Shown here one piece after another: positions 19,417 through 27,855 of a stretch of 64,000 bases of DNA; position 1 is the first letter of the stretch, and each line of letters opens with the position of its first letter. Where the stretch lies: positions 704,001-768,000 of the forward strand of contig CAVWUU010000001.1 in the NCBI GenBank assembly GCA_963758295.1, given 5' to 3'. Origin of the DNA: Candidatus Eremiobacteria bacterium. GTDB lineage: Bacteria > Vulcanimicrobiota > Vulcanimicrobiia > Vulcanimicrobiales > Vulcanimicrobiaceae. The notes beneath the pieces are model-generated. The model saw only the letters and a program-made list of their open reading frames with translations, was not told where the DNA came from and searched no databases. Made by a program: the position numbers and the translations under genes.

Positions 19417-19749
19417 TTACCCGATTTCGCTGGCTTGGGTTACAGCGACGTGGCCGGGATACTGTCTTGCGATTTGTTCTACGGAGAGCTCGGCGGTGGC
19501 CACTATAGCCTTAACCGCGGCATCGTCGCGCGACGCCTCCGGGATGGTCATGCGAAGCTCGCCGGATGATTGGAGCGCGCCGGCGTCGATTTTGGCATAC
19601 GCTTCGAGACCGAGGCGCGCCGCTTGCAAAATCGCGGAAACGGCTGCGCAGACGATGTCTTCGCCATATTCGCCGGCGTTTGCATGGCCGGAAGCAAAAA
19701 TCGAGGACAGCCGTTGCCGGCTGTCCCGATTGAAAGTAACCGTAAGCAT
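19417..19749 (-). CDS. prp: ribosomal-processing cysteine protease Prp (YsxB/DUF464)
   Basis: SGHA...G.DIVCAAVSA with catalytic His and Cys; directly after rplU. Confidence 0.9.
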   Translation of the reverse strand: MLTVTFNRDSRQRLSSIFASGHANAGEYGEDIVCAAVSAILQAARLGLEAYAKIDAGALQSSGELRMTIPEASRDDAAVKAIVATAELSVEQIARQYPGHVAVTQASEIG

Positions 19750-19766
19750 TCGGCTGGAGCCGAAGC

Positions 19767-20078
19767 TTAAAGGCTGATCTTGGTGATCTTGACTTCGGCG
19801 AAGCGCTGACGGTGGCCGTTCAGCTTACGAACGCGCTTCTTCGGCTTGTAGCGGAAGACGAGAATCTTCTTGTCTTTCGCCTGGCGGAGAACCGTTCCGG
19901 TAACCGAAGCGCCGTCGAGCACCGGCGAACCGACTTTCACATCGCTTCCCGTGCTGCCGAGGATCACTTTATCAAAGGTAACGTCGGTGCCGACTTCGCT
20001 CTCGAGCAAGTCGGTGCGAATGATGTCACCCTCGGCGACTTTGAACTGCTTGCCGCCGGTTTCGATGATCGCGTACAT
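19767..20078 (-). CDS. rplU: 50S ribosomal protein L21
   Basis: MYAIIETGGKQFKV, KILVFRYKPKK, GHRQ. Confidence 0.98.
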   Translation of the reverse strand: MYAIIETGGKQFKVAEGDIIRTDLLESEVGTDVTFDKVILGSTGSDVKVGSPVLDGASVTGTVLRQAKDKKILVFRYKPKKRVRKLNGHRQRFAEVKITKISL

Positions 20079-20087
20079 AACTGCGAT

Positions 20088-20117
20088 ACGATACCAGGCG
20101 TGCCGGGGCGGTGTCAA
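20088..20117 (-). promoter_or_regulatory. sigma70-type promoter of rplU
   Basis: TTGACA (20117-12), N18, TG-extended TATCGT (20093-88), 9 nt before ATG. Confidence 0.6.
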
Positions 20118-20143
20118 CGGCGCTTCCCTCACATTCAAGGAGC

Positions 20144-20201
20144 TTGACAAACGTCCGAAGATCGCTATGCTGTAGATGAGTCTAAAACATAGACTAGTCT
20201 A
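20144..20201 (+). promoter_or_regulatory. sigma70-type promoter plus palindromic operator
   Basis: TTGACA-N16-TATGCT (20144-20171); AGTCTA-N5-TAGACT (20179-95) overlapping perfect palindrome TAGACTAGTCTA (20190-201). Confidence 0.65.
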
Positions 20202-20222
20202 GATTGCGAAAGGCGGTCCCCC

Positions 20223-20790
20223 ATGAATGCCTCGGAAGCGCGAGACCACGTAGAAATGATCGAGAAAATCATCGCGGCCTCTTCCCAGAAGCTCGAAGCC
20301 GGCGGCGAATTCTTTCTCGTTTGGGGTCTAGTGGCCGGAACGCTGGATCTCATTGCGCAGCTCGTTCTAACCGGGCGGTTACCCGTTGCGGCGCAGTGGG
20401 GCTCGGCCGCCCTTCTTGTAGCCGGCATCGTTTTCTCGATCGTCCGGAGCCGGCAGCTTGCGCGGTGCGAAGTCCGCATGTCGTTGCTGCAGCGCGAGTT
20501 CCTCAACGTGATGACGCTGGCCCTTGGCATGGCGTTTGTCACCGACGCCATCGGCTTCAGACTCTTCCCGCAGTGGGCGGCGGCCGGCGGTCTGGAGCGT
20601 TATGACGGCGCTTGTGCTGCTCTATATCGGCATGCACGGAAATCGCCGCGCAACGATCGGCGGCGTCATCTTGATCTGCTCCATCGCGGCCGCGAACTTC
20701 ATGCCGCACTATACCGGCTACGTTTTGGCTGCCGGCATGTACTTAGGCTATGCCGGTTTCGGTGTCGCCGATCTGCTCGCGAGCCGATAG
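20223..20790 (+). CDS. hypothetical membrane protein (about 6 TM); one extra base near 20587
   Basis: Hydrophobic frame continues in the 20524..20790 ORF after removing one G. Confidence 0.7.
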
Positions 20791-21074
20791 TGGACGACCT
20801 GCTGCTTTCCAAGATCCGTCTCGGCGTCGTCGCGGAATTGCTCAATTCGCAGTGGGTTTCGTTCAGTTCGCTCGTGCGCGCGTTGGAAACGACAAACGGC
20901 AATCTTGGCGCCCACCTCGCAAAGCTCGTCGATGCGGACTACGTAGAGGAAGATAAAACCTTCATCGACCGCCGTCCTCAATCGCGTTACCACCTTACAA
21001 CTAAAGGCCGCGACGCATTCGTCGCCCACGTACGGGAAATGCAAGCGCTGCTGGATTCGCAAGGAGCACCATGA
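20790..21074 (+). CDS. winged-helix transcriptional regulator (HTH_34, ArsR/MarR-like)
   Basis: KIRLGVV, F..L...L.TTNGNLGAHLAKL, RPQSRYHLTTKGR.AF; GTG overlaps the upstream TAG. Confidence 0.88.
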   Translation: MDDLLLSKIRLGVVAELLNSQWVSFSSLVRALETTNGNLGAHLAKLVDADYVEEDKTFIDRRPQSRYHLTTKGRDAFVAHVREMQALLDSQGAP

Positions 21075-22069
21075 AAACGGTTTCAATCCTAGCATTTGTC
21101 CTCGCGATTGCCGCTACGGAAGCCGCATCGCCCGCGCAAACCGAACCTTCGCGTTCAACACCCCCCGCAAATTGCTCGCCGGTAACAACACCGTTCGTCG
21201 GAACGATTTGCGCACCGGCCGGCGATTCGGGAAAGCATCCTGCGATGATTCTTTTGGGAGGATCTGAAGGCGGCGATTCGCTTTCGCGCATCGCTCCGCT
21301 CTTTGCGTCGCACGGATACGTCGCCGCATCAGTTGCGTATTTCCGCGCGCCTGGTTTACCGCAAACGCTCGTGAACGTCCCCGTCGAAACGATCGAGGCC
21401 GCGATCGGTGCGCTTCAGAAGCGCTCTGATGTGAATGCAAACGAGATCGGTATCATGGGCGGTTCTAAAGGCGGCGAGTTGGCATTGCTTGCCGCTTCTA
21501 CGTATCCCCAGATAAAAGCCGTCGTAGCCGTGGTGCCTTCGCCGTTCGCTTACATGGGGCTCGGCGAATTCAACGCGCCGACCGGGTGTTCGTGGACGAA
21601 GGCCGGGAAGCCCTTACCCTGCGTGCCGCCCGATTCTAAGGCCGGCGTTCAGATCAGCGACGCTTTTCAAAAACATCAGCCGATCGTCCTCACGCCGTTT
21701 TACGATGCGTCCCGTAACGCCAATCCGCAAGTCACGGCAGACGCATTTTTTCCGCTGCAGAATATCGACGGTCCCGTTCTGTGTCTTTCCGGCGATGACG
21801 ACAAGATGTGGAACTCCGACGCACAGTGCGCGTTAACGATGCAATATTTGCAACAGCACCATCACAAGTACGCCGACGCACAAGTGGCGTATCCGAATGC
21901 CGGCCACACGTTTATCTCGGCCGTGCGCGGGCCGCAATCCGCCATTACATCGGTAAGTGCCGGACCCGTGACGATGGCTTTCGGCGGAACGCCCGAAGGC
22001 GACGTAGCAGCCGCCGCCGCGGCGTGGCCCAAGATCTGGACGTTTCTCGCAAGCGCGCTCAAGAGCTAA
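21071..22069 (+). CDS. exported acyl-CoA thioesterase/BAAT C-terminal family alpha/beta hydrolase
   Basis: Signal peptide; LGGSEGG, nucleophile GGSKGG, SGDDD.MW, YPNAGH. Confidence 0.85.
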   Translation: MKTVSILAFVLAIAATEAASPAQTEPSRSTPPANCSPVTTPFVGTICAPAGDSGKHPAMILLGGSEGGDSLSRIAPLFASHGYVAASVAYFRAPGLPQTLVNVPVETIEAAIGALQKRSDVNANEIGIMGGSKGGELALLAASTYPQIKAVVAVVPSPFAYMGLGEFNAPTGCSWTKAGKPLPCVPPDSKAGVQISDAFQKHQPIVLTPFYDASRNANPQVTADAFFPLQNIDGPVLCLSGDDDKMWNSDAQCALTMQYLQQHHHKYADAQVAYPNAGHTFISAVRGPQSAITSVSAGPVTMAFGGTPEGDVAAAAAAWPKIWTFLASALKS

Positions 22070-23211
22070 CTCCGAGCTTTCCACCCAAGCGCGACAGCGG
22101 CCGCAGACGCGACGGCGCAAAGCAAGCCTAACATCCTGCCGTTGCTTCCGACCAGAACGGCGCCCGCTGCAGGACCGGCGATCATCGCAACGCTGTTGAT
22201 CGAATCGCTCAGTCCCATTAGGGCGCCGCGCTCGTCTTCCTTGGCGCGTTTTGAAAGCAGCGTCGTCAGCGACGGCTCCGCCGTCGCCGCGCCGATCGCC
22301 CATATCGCGAGCGCCAAGAAGAAGACCCAAGGTCGCGATGCAAATGCGAACAGTGCGTAGGCGATGAAGTCCAGGCCGATCCCGAGTTGTGACACCAACT
22401 GGTCGCCGAAGCGCTTCGCAAGCGGCGTCACGAGGAGAAGAAGCCCGGCGCCCCCGATTGCGCCCGCTACAGCGAGCGCGTATGACGCATGCGGGGCATC
22501 GAGTCGCACCGCGCGTTCGGAGTACAGCGCGAAATTTGCCAAGAAGCACACAACGGCAAAAATGAAAAGGAACTGGCGAATGAAGACTCGGCGTACGCCC
22601 GGAGCGCAGGCCGAGCGCACCGTTGCGATCACGCTGGTCCGCCGCCTTTGCGCGCTCTGCCGCTTCGGCAGAAAAGTCACGGTAAAAATGATGTTGAGCA
22701 GCTCCAGCAGTGCCGCGGCGACGAACGGAACGGCGATGCCGTAATGCATTAGCGCGCCCGACATCGGGGGCCCGATCATGAATGCAATGCCGAAAATGGC
22801 GCCGTAAAACGAGTAAGCGCGTTCACGCTGCGTGTCTTGCGTGACGTCGGCAATGTAAGACTCCACGGCACCGAGACTGCCTCCACCCAATCCCGAGATC
22901 ATGCGCGAAAGCAGAATGAGCCCAATGGAGTGCGCGCCTGCGAGTAAGGCATAGCCCGCAAGCGAAAACACCTGCGCGGCAATGATGATCGGCTTGCGGC
23001 CGGTACGATCGCTGACCTTTCCCCAAATTGGAGCGGCGATCGCGGAGCAGAACGCCGGAATGCTGAGCAGCGCGCCGCCGGCAACGTCGTTCGCGTGATA
23101 CTGATGTACGAGCGCCGGAATCAGCGGAATCATCAGTGTGTAACCGAGCGTATCCGCAAACGTCGTTCCGTAGATCGGAATTAAGGCGCGCGCAACCTTG
23201 CGGTTCTCCAC
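22066..23211 (-). CDS. MFS transporter, TetA/DHA1-like
   Basis: About 12 TM; motif A WGKVSDRTGRKP; FMIGPPMSG. Confidence 0.88.
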   Translation of the reverse strand: MENRKVARALIPIYGTTFADTLGYTLMIPLIPALVHQYHANDVAGGALLSIPAFCSAIAAPIWGKVSDRTGRKPIIIAAQVFSLAGYALLAGAHSIGLILLSRMISGLGGGSLGAVESYIADVTQDTQRERAYSFYGAIFGIAFMIGPPMSGALMHYGIAVPFVAAALLELLNIIFTVTFLPKRQSAQRRRTSVIATVRSACAPGVRRVFIRQFLFIFAVVCFLANFALYSERAVRLDAPHASYALAVAGAIGGAGLLLLVTPLAKRFGDQLVSQLGIGLDFIAYALFAFASRPWVFFLALAIWAIGAATAEPSLTTLLSKRAKEDERGALMGLSDSINSVAMIAGPAAGAVLVGSNGRMLGLLCAVASAAAVALGWKARS

Positions 23212-23235
23212 GCGCCCATCGTACCCAAACGCGCC

Positions 23236-25318
23236 TTACGGCCGAAGCGTTTGCACGACTGCCGTTGCGCGAGCGACCGCGGCATCCGAGAATGGAAGGG
23301 CAAGGAGCGCGCCGCGTTCCCAGTCGGCCGCTTCGTCGGTGTAATGCGGCGATCCGGGCTCCCCCGATTCACCTTGCGGAATGATGATGCCGCCGGCATC
23401 CCAATTGCCCACATCCCATACGGCTCGGAAACTTTCGGAAAAGCCGCTGTTCTGAACGTGCACCGTATACGCGTCGCCGTCGCCCTTAAACGTCGTGCCG
23501 TTCAAGAACGAAATGCCGAGCGCGCTAAGCGGGTGCTTCACCAGCACGGCGCCCGCGACACCCCAGGGTTGCGGAGACGAAGGAACTTTTAGCGAGGCAA
23601 TCGCCGCGCGGCCGGAGCGCGCGCTCAGAATGCCGCTTTGAATGTCCCCGTGCCGGCGCACCAGCTCCCGACGAATCGTGAACGCGGCGGTTGCATCGGT
23701 GGAATTGGCCGTGAAGCGGCCGTCCCAGGCGCGCAACGCATCGAAGTATCCCGCAAGTTCGCGTTCCGGAATCGATAGAACGTCCATCTGCATGGATTGG
23801 AAGTAGGCTACGTCGTACTTCGTGCTCGCGCGCAGCAGCGTGGCGATGCGATACGCGCGGTAGGGCGGTGCGAATTGCGGGCTCAATTGATATGGATACC
23901 CGGGACCATACATCTTGTTGTTCGCCGTCCACACGACAGCGTCGCGCGAGGGCGCCACGTCCGGCAACGCATCGAACGGTAAGGGCGCATACTCCTTGTC
24001 GAGTTCTGCCGCAGGATGAATCCAACGCGCCCATGCGGGGTCGTTCGGAATCGTGCCGGCGAGATGGTACGTTGCCCGGCCGCTTGTGTCGGCCAGCACA
24101 AAGTTTTGCGTCGGCCCGGGATACGCCCGCAGCGCCCGAAGGCCGTCTTCGATCGATGCAGCGCGATCGAGTGCGTTAAAGGCAACTAACGGTGAAATGG
24201 GCTTTGTGTAAGCCTGCCATTTCACGAGCAGAAACTTGTGGCCCGGCGTTTCGGCGCCGAACATCATGGGAGCGCGATAGTAACGTTTCGCCGACGTACC
24301 GCCGAAACGCACGCCGAACGATTCTGTTTGCCAATAGCGCTTGTCAAGGATATCGGGATTCGCCGCGAACACGGAAAGCGACGCGACGGTGCCGTTCGTC
24401 GCGCCCCATGCAATGCGATCGTTGTGCCCAAGAATCACGCCCGGCGTTCCGGCAAGCGCAGCACCGGCAGCGTGATATCCGGGAGCTTGCAAATCCACCA
24501 GATACCACACTCCCGGAATTTGAATGCGTAGATGTGGATCGTTTGCCAGAAGTGCGCGTCCGGTTATGGTGTGTGAAGCGCCGGCTGCCCATTCGTTGCT
24601 GCCGATCGGTGCTCGCTCGTGCAGAACCTCATCGAGAAATGCCGCGGTCTTCGTTGCGCAGCTGTGCCCGGCGGCGATCTTTGCGAGCCCGCTCGTGACC
24701 GGCGCATCGTAGCAGGGGTCGCTAAGCGGAAGCTGTTTCCCGTTGCGGCCGGCGATATCGTCCCACGTATCGGTAAGATCGAGAACCGTCGCAAAGCCGA
24801 CCGCAAGGGAGTCTTCGGGGCGTCCACGGTTTCGGCTGGTACATCAGAATGCGAAACTCGACCGGACGCGGTTCCCGCTGCATCGCCGCGTTTACGCCGC
24901 CGGCGAAGGCTTGAAGCAGCGCACGCTCGTGCGGAGCGAGCGCGTTATATTCTTTGGCAACCACTTGCGCTACCGGAACGACGCGCGCGTCCTCATCGTT
25001 GCTCAACGCCGCGCTACCCAACACTTCGGCCAGCTGCCCGTACACGAAGCGGCGGAGCAGATCGAGTTGAAAAAGCCGGTCGGCACCTTCGACATAGCCG
25101 TCCGCGAAGAATAAGTCGTGTTCGTTTTGCGCGCGGATGTGCGGAATGCCGCGTGCGTCTCGCCGGATTTCGACCGGAGCCTGGAGCGAAAGGCCCGCGA
25201 TACTTCCTTTGGATGCGGAAACCGCGCGCATTCCCAGCGCCACGTTGACCGCGAAGGCGGCAACGGCAACTACGGCGCTCAACACCACGATGGCGGCGAA
25301 TCTATAGACCGCTTTCAT
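23236..25318 (-). CDS. penicillin/AHL acylase family Ntn hydrolase; one extra C near 24820
   Basis: RDARGIPHI, DRLFQLDL.RR; corrected frame gives GSNEW and ANDPHL, then PGVILGHN, PQGESG..SPHY.D. Confidence 0.88.
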
Positions 25319-25320
25319 TG

Positions 25321-25626
25321 CTACGCCTCGACGAAGAGGTCGTCGCCGGCGGTGCGAACGGGGAACGTCATCACCGGCATTACGGCCGGCAGCGTAATTG
25401 CCTCACCGGTCGTCACGTCGAACTGCGCGCCGTGTCGCGGGCAAGTGACGCACTTATCTTCGAGCGTTCCTTGATCGAGCGGCGCTCCGTCATGCGTGCA
25501 AACGTCTTCGATGGCGTAAATTTCGCCGTGCACGTTACATAACAGGATGTCTATGCCTTCGACGTTTACGGTTTTGGCGCAGCCCGGTTGGATCTCCGAA
25601 ACTTGGCCGACGCGATACTCTCCCAC
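25321..25626 (-). CDS. Rieske [2Fe-2S] ferredoxin
   Basis: CTH....L..G and CPRHGAQFD. Confidence 0.92.
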   Translation of the reverse strand: MGEYRVGQVSEIQPGCAKTVNVEGIDILLCNVHGEIYAIEDVCTHDGAPLDQGTLEDKCVTCPRHGAQFDVTTGEAITLPAVMPVMTFPVRTAGDDLFVEA

Positions 25627-25629
25627 GCG

Positions 25630-26169
25630 TTACGTTCCTACTTTATGACAAGGCTGCATTTTGGCAGCATCGCCGACTGCTACGACGTGAAAATTGAATC
25701 CTGGGCCGATCGTTACGTTGCGGCCGTTGCGAACTTCGTTGACTGCTGTGCGGATCAAACCCGCAATTGGAATATAGCCCGTGGCTTTCTCCGCAATGGA
25801 CGTCGCCGGCGCCCATAACGAGGTTTCACGTGGATCCGCCATCACTTGGATGTGCGTCTTGCCTGAAACGACTTCGCGCATTTCCAGCACGAGCGAACCG
25901 TTGCGATTTCGATTGCTGGCCGCCGATGCTTCGCGAACGAAGCCATAGCCGATGGTGCCCGTTTTGACGAGGTGACCGCCGATGTTCGAGGGTTGCGTGA
26001 TCCTGAATCGGAAGGGCATTCCCGGATACGCCGTTGCCGAATCGACCTTGTCGATCATGGTGGCCGGGATCCCGGCTTCGCAGACCAGCGTCCAGGCCCG
26101 CGCGGGCTGTGCCGGTAGGGTAAGAAATCCCGCCAGCATCAGAACGGCCGGCACGACGCGCAATCTCAT
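25630..26169 (-). CDS. exported hypothetical protein
   Basis: Signal peptide ending ARA-W; beta-rich mature region, loosely TrbI/VirB10-like. Confidence 0.6.
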   Translation of the reverse strand: MRLRVVPAVLMLAGFLTLPAQPARAWTLVCEAGIPATMIDKVDSATAYPGMPFRFRITQPSNIGGHLVKTGTIGYGFVREASAASNRNRNGSLVLEMREVVSGKTHIQVMADPRETSLWAPATSIAEKATGYIPIAGLIRTAVNEVRNGRNVTIGPGFNFHVVAVGDAAKMQPCHKVGT

Positions 26170-26194
26170 GTGCGGCGATTCTACCGCAGAAAAC

Positions 26195-26219
26195 GAAAAC
26201 CCGCGCAAGGCGGGTTTTC
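26195..26219. terminator. intrinsic terminator after sufB
   Basis: GAAAACCCGC-gcaag-GCGGGTTTTC, followed by further T runs on the minus strand. Confidence 0.7.
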
Positions 26220-26243
26220 AAGGCAGGTTCGGATTCGGGGCGC

Positions 26244-27662
26244 TTAGCCGACGGAGCCTTCCATTTCCATCTTGACCAGCCGGTTCAGCTCGACCGCGTA
26301 TTCCATCGGCAGCTCTTTGACGAAGAAATCGAAGAAGCCGTTGACGATCATCGCCGTCGCGTCGGCTTCCGAAAGCCCGCGCGACATGGCGTAGAAGAGT
26401 TGCTCTTCGCCGATCTTCGAGACGCTGGCCTCGTGCTCGACCGTCGAACTTTGTTCGTGAATCTTCATCGTCGGCTTGGTGTCGCTTGACGAAACGTCGT
26501 CCATAATGAGCGCGTCGCATTTGACGCGCGTCTTTGCGCCGACGGCGCCGGGGAACACTTCCACGAGGCCGCGGTACGTCGTCTTGCCGCCGTGCGCGCT
26601 GACGCTCTTATTTGTTACGACCGACGTTGTGTTCGGGGCGGCGTGAATGACCTTCGCGCCGGCGTCTTGATGCTGGCCTTCGCCGGCAAATGCCATCGAA
26701 AGAATCTCACCACGGGCGCCTTCACCCATCAGGTAAATCGCCGGATACTTCATCGTAAGCTTGGAGCCGATGTTGCCGTCGACCCATTCCACCGTCGCGT
26801 TCTTTTGCGCGATCGCGCGTTTCGTCACGAGATTGTAGATGTTACGATACCAGTTCTGAATCGTCGTATACCGGATCGACGCGTCGTCGAGCGCGATGAG
26901 TTCCACAACCGCGCTGTGAAGCGAAGAGGTAGAAAACTTCGGCGCCGTGCAACCCTCGATGTAGTGCACTTTCGCGCCCTTGTCCGCGATGATGAGCGTG
27001 CGCTCGAACTGGCCCATGTTTTCGGCGTTGATGCGGAAATAGGCTTGGAGCGGCATCTTCACTTCGACGCCCGGCGGAACGTAGATAAACGAGCCACCCG
27101 ACCACACGGCCGAATTCAGCGCGGCAAACTTGTTATCGGCGGCCGGAATGATGGTCGCGAAATACTTCTGAACGATTTCCGGGTACTGCTTGACCGCCGT
27201 ATCCATGTCGCAGAACAGGACGCCTTGCGCCTCGAGTTCTTTGCTGACGTTGTGATAGACGACTTCGGATTCATACTGGGCCGAAACGCCGGCGAGGAAC
27301 TTGCGCTCCGCTTCGGGGATGCCCAAGCGGTCGAACGTGCGCTTGATGTCTTCCGGCACGTCGTCCCACGAGCGTTCGGTCTTGTCCGTCGACTTGACGA
27401 AGTAGTGGATGTCCGCAAAGTCGATCTGGCCGAGAAGTTCGGTGTCACCCCAAGCGGGCATGGGCTTATTAATGAAGAGCTCGTAGGCTTTGAGGCGGAA
27501 ATCCCGCATCCAAGCCGGCTCGTTCTTCATCGAGCTGATGCGCTCGACGATCTCCCGGGTCAGGCCCTTGTCGGACTTAAAGACGTACTTGCCCTCGGGG
27601 TCGTGGAACCCGTGGCGGTAGTCCTCGGAGATGATCGGAGTGGTCTGAACCTCGGTCGACAT
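26244..27662 (-). CDS. sufB: Fe-S cluster assembly protein SufB
   Basis: [57 protein letters not shown]. Confidence 0.97.
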   Translation of the reverse strand: MSTEVQTTPIISEDYRHGFHDPEGKYVFKSDKGLTREIVERISSMKNEPAWMRDFRLKAYELFINKPMPAWGDTELLGQIDFADIHYFVKSTDKTERSWDDVPEDIKRTFDRLGIPEAERKFLAGVSAQYESEVVYHNVSKELEAQGVLFCDMDTAVKQYPEIVQKYFATIIPAADNKFAALNSAVWSGGSFIYVPPGVEVKMPLQAYFRINAENMGQFERTLIIADKGAKVHYIEGCTAPKFSTSSLHSAVVELIALDDASIRYTTIQNWYRNIYNLVTKRAIAQKNATVEWVDGNIGSKLTMKYPAIYLMGEGARGEILSMAFAGEGQHQDAGAKVIHAAPNTTSVVTNKSVSAHGGKTTYRGLVEVFPGAVGAKTRVKCDALIMDDVSSSDTKPTMKIHEQSSTVEHEASVSKIGEEQLFYAMSRGLSEADATAMIVNGFFDFFVKELPMEYAVELNRLVKMEMEGSVG

Positions 27663-27671
27663 GGCTCTATG

Positions 27672-27700
27672 AGGGTACCTTGGGACCCCGGCATAGTCAA
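27672..27700 (-). promoter_or_regulatory. sigma70-type promoter of sufB
   Basis: TTGACT-N17-TACCCT, 9 nt before ATG 27662. Confidence 0.55.
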
Positions 27701-27855
27701 GATAGTGAAGTCGAAACTTCATTTTCTTTTAGTCCATCCCCGTGTGCCGCCGCAAGGGGTTTCGGGCAGACAAGGGATCGGGTAAACCTGCGTTCAGCGG
27801 TGCGGTGCGGCATCTGCTCCGCCCGTTCGTTTGGTCCCCATTGAAGCGAGGAACC

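Noticed and set aside
20223..21074. Apparent 283 aa membrane-wHTH fusion ORF
   Set aside because: Caused by one extra base near 20587; the middle is out-of-frame sequence and two genes result after correction
26592..27785. Long antisense ORFs (also 11083-12102, 32718-33773, 40095-41369, 54698-55798)
   Set aside because: Shadow frames of GC-biased, well-identified genes on the other strand
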